DNA from: a virus
Reading direction: 5' to 3' (one strand)
IMG/VR virus record: IMGVR_UViG_3300029188_000196
Location: 2,329 to 66,328 of that record
Length of the DNA: 64,000 bases
Below the pieces are notes generated by a model, which searched no databases, had not been told where the DNA came from, and saw only the letters and a list, made by a program, of their open reading frames with translations. Of this stretch, positions 53,587 through 62,342 are shown piece after piece. Position 1 is the stretch's first letter; the number at the start of each line of letters is the position of its first letter. The position numbers and the translations under genes are program-made.

Positions 53587-53983
53587 GGTTCTTGCCCTCC
53601 ATCTCTTTCCAGCCATTTTCTTTATTGCCACAGTTCTTACAAGTGTAGTAAAGCGTGGAATTGTCGCACTCCTCCATGTGAGGTTGAAGGCGTTTCCCGC
53701 ACTTGGGACAGTGTCGAATCGGGACGACCGTAGCTCTCAAATCGAAGCCACTCCAATTGGACAACTCATACGGATAAACTACGCGCTTACCCTCTTCCTC
53801 CGCTTCTGCCAGACAATAGCAGTTCGGTGTGTCTACACAATCACGCATCACGACATTGTCCTCGTCATCGGTATCCACACACATAACCGTCATGCCATCG
53901 GGCAAAGGAATGAGCCGCATCAGCTGGATGTCCTCATATCCGTCTGTATCTGTTCCCAAGAAGTCCTGATTACCGTTTTTCAT
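53564..53983 (-). CDS. Hypothetical acidic protein with C-terminal zinc ribbon
   Basis: 'CPKCGKRL...CKNCGNK' CxxC pairs. The ATG at 53983 is the likely start. Confidence 0.4.
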   Translation of the reverse strand: MKNGNQDFLGTDTDGYEDIQLMRLIPLPDGMTVMCVDTDDEDNVVMRDCVDTPNCYCLAEAEEEGKRVVYPYELSNWSGFDLRATVVPIRHCPKCGKRLQPHMEECDNSTLYYTCKNCGNKENGWKEMEGKNHEQDHYL

Positions 53984-54374
53984 TGTATATGTCCTCCAGA
54001 CCAAGTTGTACTTTTACCGCCGTTTCGATATCTGCGACCATTTTTGCATCCTCGCAGGCACACAGCTTTCGCCGCAGCCTCCACTTTGGAATGGCGGTGA
54101 TCTGTTCTGCCAACACCACAGAGTCCTCATCCAGCAGGTCACTGATGATGCAATGGGTCGGCATATACATCTTCTTTATCTGGCTCGTCATCGGAAGTAC
54201 CGTCACAACATCCGAGCATCGATTCGCCACATCATTGCTGATAACCAGCACAGGACGGTCACCTTCCTGCACGGAAGTACCGGTGTTCTCTCTCAGGTGT
54301 GCGTACCAGATATCCATCCTTTTGGGAGGCTGGATATTCGTCACCGAAGGCAGCGGTTTTCTGTAGATTCGCAT
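53970..54374 (-). CDS. MazF/PemK-family toxin (mRNA interferase-like)
   Basis: 'DIWYAHLRENTGTSVQEGDRPVLVISNDVANRCSDVVTVLPMTSQIKK' matches the PemK/MazF core (RPxxVxS...P.TS). The start is uncertain (54374 or 54317). Confidence 0.7.
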   Translation of the reverse strand: MRIYRKPLPSVTNIQPPKRMDIWYAHLRENTGTSVQEGDRPVLVISNDVANRCSDVVTVLPMTSQIKKMYMPTHCIISDLLDEDSVVLAEQITAIPKWRLRRKLCACEDAKMVADIETAVKVQLGLEDIYNEKR

Positions 54375-54378
54375 CGGC

Positions 54379-54696
54379 TTATTCTTCCTGCTCATCTCTC
54401 GCCCTTTCTGCGGATTCTTTCCACGGCATCTTACCACCGTAGTATCTCTCCGCATAGGCTTTCTGCTCATATGCAGGAAGGCGGTTCATGCGCTCATCAT
54501 GCTTACGGATAGACTCTTCATGCTGTTCTCTGGTCTTTCGGAACGGGCACGGAGTCTCCGGAGTGTGAGAACATACAGGGTTTGCAAGTGCCCTGCAAAG
54601 ATGGAGATTTCCAACAAAGGCACATCCTTTACTGTTCTCCTCGCTGACTGCCTTCTGCTTTGCGGTCAGCTTGCGTTCTGCTTGACGAAAATCCAT
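54379..54696 (-). CDS. Cys/His-rich hypothetical protein translationally coupled to the MazF-like gene (candidate non-canonical antitoxin)
   Basis: 106 aa from 'MDFRQAERKLTAKQ'. Contains C..C..C..H..C.C. Its stop lies 2-5 nt from the MazF-like start. No AbrB or RHH similarity. Confidence 0.4.
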   Translation of the reverse strand: MDFRQAERKLTAKQKAVSEENSKGCAFVGNLHLCRALANPVCSHTPETPCPFRKTREQHEESIRKHDERMNRLPAYEQKAYAERYYGGKMPWKESAERARDEQEE

Positions 54697-54849
54697 AATC
54701 AAATCATCCTTTCCGGGGTTTCCCCACATCGTTTATGTATAAAAAGATGCCATGTGGCTTCATAGAACCGCACAGCACCCTTTTATCACCAAAAGCAGTC
54801 ACCCAGCGGAGCAAGTCAGCACCAGGCAACCGCAGCAAAAGTAAACAGG

Positions 54850-54895
54850 CATAAAAAAAGACCGACCGGGTGTTACGCCGGTTGGCCTATCTTTC
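54850..54895 (-). terminator. Rho-independent terminator after the sigma factor gene
   Basis: On the minus strand, GGCCAACCGGCGTAACACCCGGTCGGTC + TTTTTTTATG. Confidence 0.6.
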
Positions 54896-55090
54896 AGGAT
54901 CATCGCCTGTTCTTCCTGTTCACTTTTGCATTATAAGTATAACACAGCATTTCGTTTCTGTCCAGTGCCAAAATGGTACAATTTTGTTTCTGTTCAGATT
55001 TGTTTTTGATTTTTCATACGCAATATCAAATTCATCTGTTCAAAGTTGCTCGAATATTGAGCAACAACTAATTATTGGGCAACACTCTTG

Positions 55091-55747
55091 TCACCCCAGC
55101 ATGATGCGGAGCTTATTGTTTTCCCGTTCTTCAAGAACCCCAGCCATATAAACGATGGCTTTGTCCTTGATTCGGCTGATTGTAGTATGTGACCGGACAT
55201 GGAGAGCATCTGCGATGGCATCCCAGCCCTGGTCTTCGATCCAGAGCATTCTTGCCACGAGCGATGTTTTCTCATCCATGCCGGATATCGTAGTACTGAT
55301 GAAATCAACTACGCTTTTCTTTTCGAGATACCGACTTTCAAGCATCAAGAGCTGTTCTTTGTAATACGCCGGCTCATCATTCAACTCTGCCATCAGCCTG
55401 TCGTACTCTTTTTCATAGTTGAGAGCGATTCGTGCTGTCGGGTCAGAGATGTTACTGCTCTTCACTCGCTCACAGTCGGTACTGACTCCGGGGTGGCACA
55501 TCATTTCGATGACTTCTGTTTTCGACAACGACCGGTGCGGAAGACTACCCTTTTCGCCCCTTGCCTTCAAGTCCTCCAACTGATGCTTTGCCGTGCGCAT
55601 CTCAAACTCCACCTTGCGATAGTTTTCCAGAAGCGTTCTGGCAGCAGCTACAAAATAGCTGTTACAGGCTGCGCGTGTTTCATCGCTCAATTCAAGGGTG
55701 ATCATTTCGCCATTTGCAGTTTCAAACTCCATCTGATTTCTTGACAT
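55091..55747 (-). CDS. Sigma-70 family (ECF-like) sigma factor
   Basis: C-terminal region 4 'TSLVARMLWIEDQGWDAIADALHVRSHTTISRIKDKA'. GGGGAGG RBS 8 nt upstream. Confidence 0.7.
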   Translation of the reverse strand: MSRNQMEFETANGEMITLELSDETRAACNSYFVAAARTLLENYRKVEFEMRTAKHQLEDLKARGEKGSLPHRSLSKTEVIEMMCHPGVSTDCERVKSSNISDPTARIALNYEKEYDRLMAELNDEPAYYKEQLLMLESRYLEKKSVVDFISTTISGMDEKTSLVARMLWIEDQGWDAIADALHVRSHTTISRIKDKAIVYMAGVLEERENNKLRIMLG

Positions 55748-55818
55748 ATCTTTGTCCTCCCCTATTGGTTTATATTGTCAGTATTCAGTTATCAACTATC
55801 TGCCGGACGCTGTTTTGC

Positions 55819-57213
55819 TCACCCGTAAAGGCGTGCTTTGACGGCTCCAATCAGGTCATCCTGCCGGATTTCCTTCCTGTCGAGAGCTTTCATAACATCT
55901 TCATCTACGGTATCTTTCATCAGGATGTGGTGGATCGTTACAACGCTTTTCTGGCCCTGCCGCCACAGACGAGCATTCGTCTGCTGGTAAAGTTCCAGCG
56001 ACCATGTAACCCCGAACCAAATCAGGATGTGCCCGCCAGACTGGATATTCAGTCCATGCCCTGCGGAAGCCGGGTGAATCAGAGCAACTGAGATTTTCCC
56101 ATCACACCAGTTCTCCATATCCTTGCTGCTTTTGAGTTCCCTCACCGGAGTATGCTTCTTTTTGAAATACTCAATGATTCGATCCTTATCGTGCTTGAAC
56201 CAATATGCCACCAGAACGCTCTGCCCATTAGCCAATTCGATTAGTTCGTCCAAGGCTTCCAGTTTTTTGTTGTGGATCTCACGAACCGTGCCGTTCTCAT
56301 CGTAGACAGCTCCGTTCGCCATCTGGTGGAGCTTCCCGGACAATGCTCCTGCGTTTGCTGCTTCCACATCTCCGTCTACCATTGGCAAAATCAGGTCTGC
56401 TTTCATCTGGTCATAGAGTTTGCGTTCTCGTTCATCCATCTGGATCTCGACCTTGTTGTAAATGCACTCTGGCATATCAAGGTAATCCAGAGCCTTCATG
56501 GAGATGCAAATATCTGAGATTCGGTCGTATATCAGTTTATCTGCGCCCTTCCGCAGCTCGTAACTGAATACAACACCCGTATTGGGATTCATGCTTCCGG
56601 GTCGGAAGTACGCATAACGGTAATCCGTAATGAACCGTCCCAGCCGTTGTCCCATGTCCAAGATTCCAATTTCTGCCCACAGATCCATGAGACCATTCGG
56701 GCTGGGTGTACCGGTAAGCCCTACCACTCGTTTGAACTTCGGGCGAATCGACTTGAGCTTTTTCCACCGGGCGCTTTTGTTATTCTTAAACGAGGACAGT
56801 TCATCAATCACGAGCATATCAAAGTCCCATTCGAGCTGATGCTCCTCATAGTACTTCACCAGCCACGGAATGTTTTCACGGTTGATGGTGTAGATGATGG
56901 ATTTCCGCTCCAAGGCTTTGATTCGCTGCTTCTCCGTTCCGACCATGACGGACACCGTCAAATACTGAAGGTGCTCCCACTTGATCACTTCTGCCGGCCA
57001 AGTGTCCCGTGCGCCCCGGAGCGGAGCTACGATCAAGACCTTCTGAATGAGGAACTGCTCCAGTACCAGCTCTTCGATTGCCGTCAAAGTGATAACCGAC
57101 TTACCGAGTCCCATGTCCAGAAGCAATATTGCAACAGGATGCGTCAGGAGAAAACTCGATGCAAACCTCTGATACTCATGAAGCTGTTCTTTTTTCAACT
57201 TCTCACTTTCCAT
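55819..57213 (-). CDS. SNF2-family helicase
   Basis: 'LLDMGLGKSVITLTAI' motif I, 'LVIDELSSFKN' DExx motif, and helicase-C motifs in the C-terminal half. Confidence 0.85.
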   Translation of the reverse strand: MESEKLKKEQLHEYQRFASSFLLTHPVAILLLDMGLGKSVITLTAIEELVLEQFLIQKVLIVAPLRGARDTWPAEVIKWEHLQYLTVSVMVGTEKQRIKALERKSIIYTINRENIPWLVKYYEEHQLEWDFDMLVIDELSSFKNNKSARWKKLKSIRPKFKRVVGLTGTPSPNGLMDLWAEIGILDMGQRLGRFITDYRYAYFRPGSMNPNTGVVFSYELRKGADKLIYDRISDICISMKALDYLDMPECIYNKVEIQMDERERKLYDQMKADLILPMVDGDVEAANAGALSGKLHQMANGAVYDENGTVREIHNKKLEALDELIELANGQSVLVAYWFKHDKDRIIEYFKKKHTPVRELKSSKDMENWCDGKISVALIHPASAGHGLNIQSGGHILIWFGVTWSLELYQQTNARLWRQGQKSVVTIHHILMKDTVDEDVMKALDRKEIRQDDLIGAVKARLYG

Positions 57214-57216
57214 TTC

Positions 57217-57681
57217 TTACCCTCCATCAGTGGAGTTCTTTATAGCGGGGATATTATCGAAATCCGAAAAAGGATCTCCGTACTTTGCCACAACTGCATC
57301 GTACTCCCTGAACTCCACATCACCCATCTGCTTCACCACATCTTCCACTGCTCTCAGGATCGGGATTTTCGCTCCAACACCCTCTGTGCTGTCTCCGGGG
57401 CGGTATTCTCGAATCGCATCAATGACCGGACGAATCTGTTCAAAGCGATCTACACAGTAGACTGGAAATCCGAGTTCTTCAAGCTGTATCTTCCGCTTCA
57501 CTTGCAACGGGCGCATCATCTTGCCCGGAGCTTTCAGCTCACAAAAACCGACGTGACCTCCAGGAAGAAGCACAAGACGATCCGGCACACCGTTCATCGT
57601 CTGGGAAGAAAACTTTAACGCCAGACCTCCCTGCTTCTTCACTTCATCACGGAAAGCCTGTTCAACCACATACTCTCTCAC
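57217..57681 (-). CDS. VRR-NUC domain nuclease
   Basis: 'GVPDRLVLLPGGHVGFCELKAPGK' PD-(D/E)xK core, as in VRR-NUC proteins. Confidence 0.8.
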   Translation of the reverse strand: MREYVVEQAFRDEVKKQGGLALKFSSQTMNGVPDRLVLLPGGHVGFCELKAPGKMMRPLQVKRKIQLEELGFPVYCVDRFEQIRPVIDAIREYRPGDSTEGVGAKIPILRAVEDVVKQMGDVEFREYDAVVAKYGDPFSDFDNIPAIKNSTDGG

Positions 57682-57699
57682 TGTCCTCGCCTAATCCTT

Positions 57700-58188
57700 T
57701 CCCTATCCTTCTCAGCCCTTCCGCTTTGCGTGTTTCTCAATGTTGCTCTTCGCGCGCGCGTATATGGGCGAATCGCGTGTTTTACCTGTTTTCTGTATGT
57801 CTATCTGTCTATTTTTATATAAATACATAGATAGTAATTATTAAGCAACAGAGCAACAACAGTACAGAAAACACAGTAAAATCAACAACTTTTTGGCGTT
57901 GCCGAGAACTGTTGCCCTCGTGTTGTGTTGCTGGACTGTTAAGCAACACCTTTGTTGACACTCGGCACTTTTTCTCGAAAATTACCGATTTTGTTGCCTG
58001 TTGCTCGCCCCTCATTTCTGAGCAACGGCAACAGCAACAACCCAAAACAGAGTTATTTTCCGCTCTACATTCCCATCTTCTCCTTTCCTTCACCCGTAAC
58101 CCAATCAACAAGAGTTGCCCTAGAGCGTCCCTCTGCTCTCCTGCAACACCTGTCAAGTCGGTTCGCTGTGACAGCCCATGACGTTCTC
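57700..58188. other. Putative phage origin of replication: iteron array (GTTGC/GCAAC x >12) plus AT-rich inverted-repeat unwinding element
   Basis: 'TTAAGCAACA' occurs twice; many AGCAACA/TGTTGC copies lie at 57840-58070. The AT-rich palindrome CTATCTGTCTATTT-ttatata-AAATACATAGATAG is at 57800-57840. The region lies between the VRR-NUC and primase genes and contains no ORF. Confidence 0.55.
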
Positions 58189-60837
58189 TCATTCTTCGTC
58201 ACCTGCATCACGGACATAGACATTCACGATGCCGTAGCCCTTGACGCGCTGCTTTTTAGGGCTTCGCTTCCAGCCATCGATACGCTCCATCATAGCGATG
58301 ATTGAATTGGAGTCCTGACGCCCAATAGAACCACGATCCCGGCCGAAGCACTCGCACCAGATCTCCTGATTGCATACGACCGTACGCTTCACCGTTCCCG
58401 GCAGCGTGGACACACCATCGTTGCTGAACTCGGTTCCCTGAATATAGTCCCGACGTTGGAACAGAGTAAGGCTGTCCCAGTTTGCAGGGAGCAGCTTGTC
58501 CAGATACTCACGCACCATAGGCTCACGGTCATCCGTCTCCATCGACATCTTCTGCTGATGGATCGCTTCGATACCGATATCACCTTCGAGGTACAGTTTC
58601 TCGCCCTGCTCATAGCGATACAGAGCTTCCGCCCAAATCTGCTTAACCTCCTCATCCGAGAGTTCCCACGAGGGGCGGCAACCACGCACACGGTCTTCTT
58701 CTTTGAAGCCCGGAGTATTGACAGGCCAGAAACGGCGGTTACCAGTAACATCGCGGAGATAACCGTTTTCCGCATTCGTTGTGCCGATGAAAACACACTG
58801 GCGCGGATGCGGCGTGGCACGGCGGCCGAATGCAGCGCGGAAGATGTCATCCTGACGAGATAGAAAGCCTTTCAGGATTTCAGTGTCGGCCTTGCGCAGA
58901 CCTGCCAGCTCACCGATTTCCATGATCCAGTAGCCCTGCAGTTTTTCGGCAGCAGTCTTATCCTTGGTATCGTTCAGCTGAAGAGAGTCGTTGTACCAGT
59001 TTCCGCCCATGCGGCGAATCAGTGTAGACTTGCCACAGCCCTGCTCACCCTTCATGACCAGCATGGAATCGAACTTTATGCCCGGATGCTTAACACGAGC
59101 AATAGCAGCCACAAAAGTCTTTCTGGTAACGGCACGGATATAGGGCGTATCTTCTGCGCCCAAAGTAATATACAGAAGCGTGTCCAGCCGTTCGGTACCA
59201 TCCCATTTGGGCAGCGCATCCAGCCACTGCTTGATAGGATGGTAGGAGCGGTCATCTGCGATTTTGGTAAGACCCGCCTTGAAGTTACGGTCGGAAAAAG
59301 TACCATAGTGAGCTTCTAAGTACGCCATAAGCTGCGCATCATCCTGATCGCGCCAGAATTCTTTCTCCGGCCGGCCCCACGGTGCTTTTCCCGTAAATTC
59401 AATGTTATCTGCCAAAGCGTTATAGCGAATGCCTTTCAATTCCGGGTCATTGCTCAGGATCAAAAGGAGGTTACGGATGCTGTTCACAAGCTGTCCGGAT
59501 TTCGAGTAGTCCAGTGCAGTCTTCCACGCATCCGGGTCAGCAGGAGTACCACCGACATTGTTGGCAGATACTGTTGCACCGGCTGTGTTACTGGCGTTAC
59601 CGCTGTTACCGCTTTTGGGCGGCTTACCACCCATCAGCTTGAAATCCGCTTCCGCTGCGGCTTCACGCATCTGGAGCAGCACCTTTTTCACTTCACCATC
59701 TGCGGCCGCGAACTCACACATTGCTTTGTAGGACGGCAGCTTCGTGGTTTCCGTCACCGTGACAGATTCGCCATCCAGATTGCCGAAGCGGTGGACACGG
59801 ACAGCATCAAAGGAATTCAGCAGCATACCACTTGCCGGGTCGGTAGCATGATGGGAATACATAAACTTGTTCTCATATACCACGACACCAGCAACAGAGT
59901 CTGCCGGGATATAGCTGTATCGGTCCGGAGAGGCAGTCGGCTCATACACCTCGTTGAGAAAACTGCCAATAGCAGACGGAATGTCGTATGCCTGACAGAA
60001 TGCACCGATCAGGTTATTTTTCGTCAGTGGGTCTTTCTGCTTCTGCATCATGTGCTGAACGATCTTCGTCTGCCGGGAAGAAACCGGGTACTCGCTGACA
60101 TCGTGCCAGTTCTTGTACCTAGCAAGGACGCTGTCCGGATTCAGCAGGTCACCATGCAGTTCCCGGTACACATATACGCCGTCCTTAGAGGTGCTGGGCC
60201 AGTACATTAGTCGGTTCGGTTCGTAGGTAGTGTCATCGAACATCTCGATGTCGATTTCCTCAGCCACCTTACGAGCAATTGCTACATATTCCTCTGCCAT
60301 AACCGAACGCGACAGAGGAATGACCAAACGGAGGCGTGGAGCTTCCGGCTTATGCTTGTGCGTGGAATAGATGATGCCGGCGAAGTCCGTAGTAAAGTCC
60401 AGAACATCTTCAATACCAGGCACACCGTAATCGATGTCCAGCGTGATCGCAGAGCGGGACAAAACATCCTGCTTGCCACGATGACCACCTTTCAGCACGG
60501 CCATGACCATGCCGCCGACATCCTTGATCTCGCCCTGCTTGGTACGGCTGAAAGTCGCATACTGTGCCATCGTTTCATCGGTGTACACCGTCTTGGCAAG
60601 GCGCTCCTTAAGCTGTTTGAATGTGATTTTATACGGTTTCCAATTCTTCTGGTTACGATTTTTGCCTACAGCGATGTCCAGAACGAAATCATCGTGGGGA
60701 GACAACTCCACCTCGATTTTAGGATGAGGCTGCCCTGCGGCAGCCGCCTCCTTCTGCATTATCGTGGTGTTGGCCGACTCGACCGGGACTGCGGTGGTCT
60801 CCATGCCCATCACAGTATTCTCTTTCTTTTCACTCAT
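58189..60837 (-). CDS. Bifunctional primase-polymerase / VirE-type (D5-like) helicase
   Basis: 882 aa; C-terminal P-loop 'VMKGEQGCGKSTLIRRMGG' of the VirE/D5 family and N-terminal prim-pol-like region. GGAGGA RBS. Confidence 0.8.
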   Translation of the reverse strand: MSEKKENTVMGMETTAVPVESANTTIMQKEAAAAGQPHPKIEVELSPHDDFVLDIAVGKNRNQKNWKPYKITFKQLKERLAKTVYTDETMAQYATFSRTKQGEIKDVGGMVMAVLKGGHRGKQDVLSRSAITLDIDYGVPGIEDVLDFTTDFAGIIYSTHKHKPEAPRLRLVIPLSRSVMAEEYVAIARKVAEEIDIEMFDDTTYEPNRLMYWPSTSKDGVYVYRELHGDLLNPDSVLARYKNWHDVSEYPVSSRQTKIVQHMMQKQKDPLTKNNLIGAFCQAYDIPSAIGSFLNEVYEPTASPDRYSYIPADSVAGVVVYENKFMYSHHATDPASGMLLNSFDAVRVHRFGNLDGESVTVTETTKLPSYKAMCEFAAADGEVKKVLLQMREAAAEADFKLMGGKPPKSGNSGNASNTAGATVSANNVGGTPADPDAWKTALDYSKSGQLVNSIRNLLLILSNDPELKGIRYNALADNIEFTGKAPWGRPEKEFWRDQDDAQLMAYLEAHYGTFSDRNFKAGLTKIADDRSYHPIKQWLDALPKWDGTERLDTLLYITLGAEDTPYIRAVTRKTFVAAIARVKHPGIKFDSMLVMKGEQGCGKSTLIRRMGGNWYNDSLQLNDTKDKTAAEKLQGYWIMEIGELAGLRKADTEILKGFLSRQDDIFRAAFGRRATPHPRQCVFIGTTNAENGYLRDVTGNRRFWPVNTPGFKEEDRVRGCRPSWELSDEEVKQIWAEALYRYEQGEKLYLEGDIGIEAIHQQKMSMETDDREPMVREYLDKLLPANWDSLTLFQRRDYIQGTEFSNDGVSTLPGTVKRTVVCNQEIWCECFGRDRGSIGRQDSNSIIAMMERIDGWKRSPKKQRVKGYGIVNVYVRDAGDEE

Positions 60838-60852
60838 ATTGTGAGTCCTCCA

Positions 60853-61920
60853 TTACTGGTTCAGGATCTTCCACTGCTTCGGCTCCATCGTAGCGACCTG
60901 CCAGCCCACTTCCTCCAGCACCGTTGCACGGTCATAGGACTCGATGTCCTGTGATGCACGAGTGATGGCGTTCGACAGACCATACTTGGAGAGGTCACCA
61001 CCCTCAATGAGATACTTGAGGATGCTGTTCTGTTCGTCACTGTTCATGCCGTAGTTCTTCGCAGTAAGCTCCACCACATCAGTGACAGCACCCTCGATGG
61101 GGATACCTGCCGCTTCTTTCAGCTGGTCAACTGCCGTATGGAAGCGGCTCTCCTCAATGGCTGCAGTCGTTGCGTCACGGAGTTTGAGCAGGAAAGCTTT
61201 GTCCTCAGCTTCCATCGTTTCGTCCGAATAAACGGTATAATCGCAATCTTCGATGGCTTTCTGCTGGCGTCCGACATGGTGACGGCGTTCGCCCAGACTA
61301 TTCAGTATCATGCCATTGGTGCAGACAAGGCGGTACAAAAGAGGGCGCACAGACACGGCTCCCAGTCCGACCTCGGAGTTGGAAATCACCACACCAGCCT
61401 GCACAATATCGCCCTTTTTCACCTCTGCTTCCAGACGATGGTTGACGATTTTGATGTGGAGACGGGATTCCGTCACCTCTGTGGACACCACTTCAACATC
61501 CGGCAGGCCAGCGAAAAGAGGAAGCGTGGCAGTTGCAATTTCCAGATTGTCCACACGGCGGTAACGCTCCGACAGGAAAGCACGAGCAGTCGGCATGCCG
61601 CTGCCGTAATCCATCGTGCGAACCATGTAATTGACTTTACGGTCATAGACGAGGGTATTCACGGTACTGACCAGCAGTTCCGGGTGGGTCTGTGCCAGAT
61701 AATCATAGAACTTGGTGGGGATGTTCAACGCACTTGCCATCTGATGATGGAACAGCGTATTCGGCGCAAAACGCTCGGTACTGTTTTTGTTGTAGATGCC
61801 GATCCAGTCCGCCTCATCGCCCATGAAGATGCTCTGCGCCGGAACAATAAGATCACGCTTTGCCTTCGCTTCTTTTTCGACCTGTTGCATGACCTCAGCG
61901 AGTGTACGACCCTGTTTCAT
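60853..61920 (-). CDS. DUF932-family phage/plasmid protein
   Basis: 355 aa, conserved partner of primase genes on mobile elements. Domain family assigned from memory. AAGGAG RBS. Confidence 0.5.
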   Translation of the reverse strand: MKQGRTLAEVMQQVEKEAKAKRDLIVPAQSIFMGDEADWIGIYNKNSTERFAPNTLFHHQMASALNIPTKFYDYLAQTHPELLVSTVNTLVYDRKVNYMVRTMDYGSGMPTARAFLSERYRRVDNLEIATATLPLFAGLPDVEVVSTEVTESRLHIKIVNHRLEAEVKKGDIVQAGVVISNSEVGLGAVSVRPLLYRLVCTNGMILNSLGERRHHVGRQQKAIEDCDYTVYSDETMEAEDKAFLLKLRDATTAAIEESRFHTAVDQLKEAAGIPIEGAVTDVVELTAKNYGMNSDEQNSILKYLIEGGDLSKYGLSNAITRASQDIESYDRATVLEEVGWQVATMEPKQWKILNQ

Positions 61921-61972
61921 AATGTGCTCCTTCCTGCGGACAGTCCGCTTTAAAATAAGTGATAGTTGATTG

Positions 61973-62329
61973 TCATTGGTTGAGTTCTAACCGGATACGG
62001 TTAGAAAGCTGCATAACAACCTCCCCCATTTTCTCCCGGCTCAAGTGTTTCTCATATAAGAGCGAGGACACTGCCTCTGTCTTCTCCAGTAAATCCAGAA
62101 GTATATTTCGATGCTGTTCGCGGCGCATTTCTGCGTCCTGCACCATCTGCTCAAGGATTTTTTCATAGTCATCGCCATCTGCCAGATTTACCTCATAGTA
62201 GCTGGCAAGATATCGTTTGAGCTCCTCCCCGGCATACTCCCCGGCATACTCTCCGACTGCTTCCAAGGCATCATCCAAAGAGAGAATGACGAGGAGTTGC
62301 TGGTCCTTCAGTTCCACGCTGTATGCCAT
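61973..62329 (-). CDS. Hypothetical protein with EYAG tandem repeat
   Basis: Likely start 'MAYSVELKDQQ'. Contains a 12-bp tandem DNA duplication at 62227-62254 encoding EYAGEYAGE. Confidence 0.45.
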   Translation of the reverse strand: MAYSVELKDQQLLVILSLDDALEAVGEYAGEYAGEELKRYLASYYEVNLADGDDYEKILEQMVQDAEMRREQHRNILLDLLEKTEAVSSLLYEKHLSREKMGEVVMQLSNRIRLELNQ

Positions 62330-62342
62330 GATGCGCCTCCTG

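Noticed and set aside
52204-53733. 509-aa plus-strand ORF
   Set aside because: It is antisense to the well-supported MetK and HNH genes and has no RBS. Spurious.
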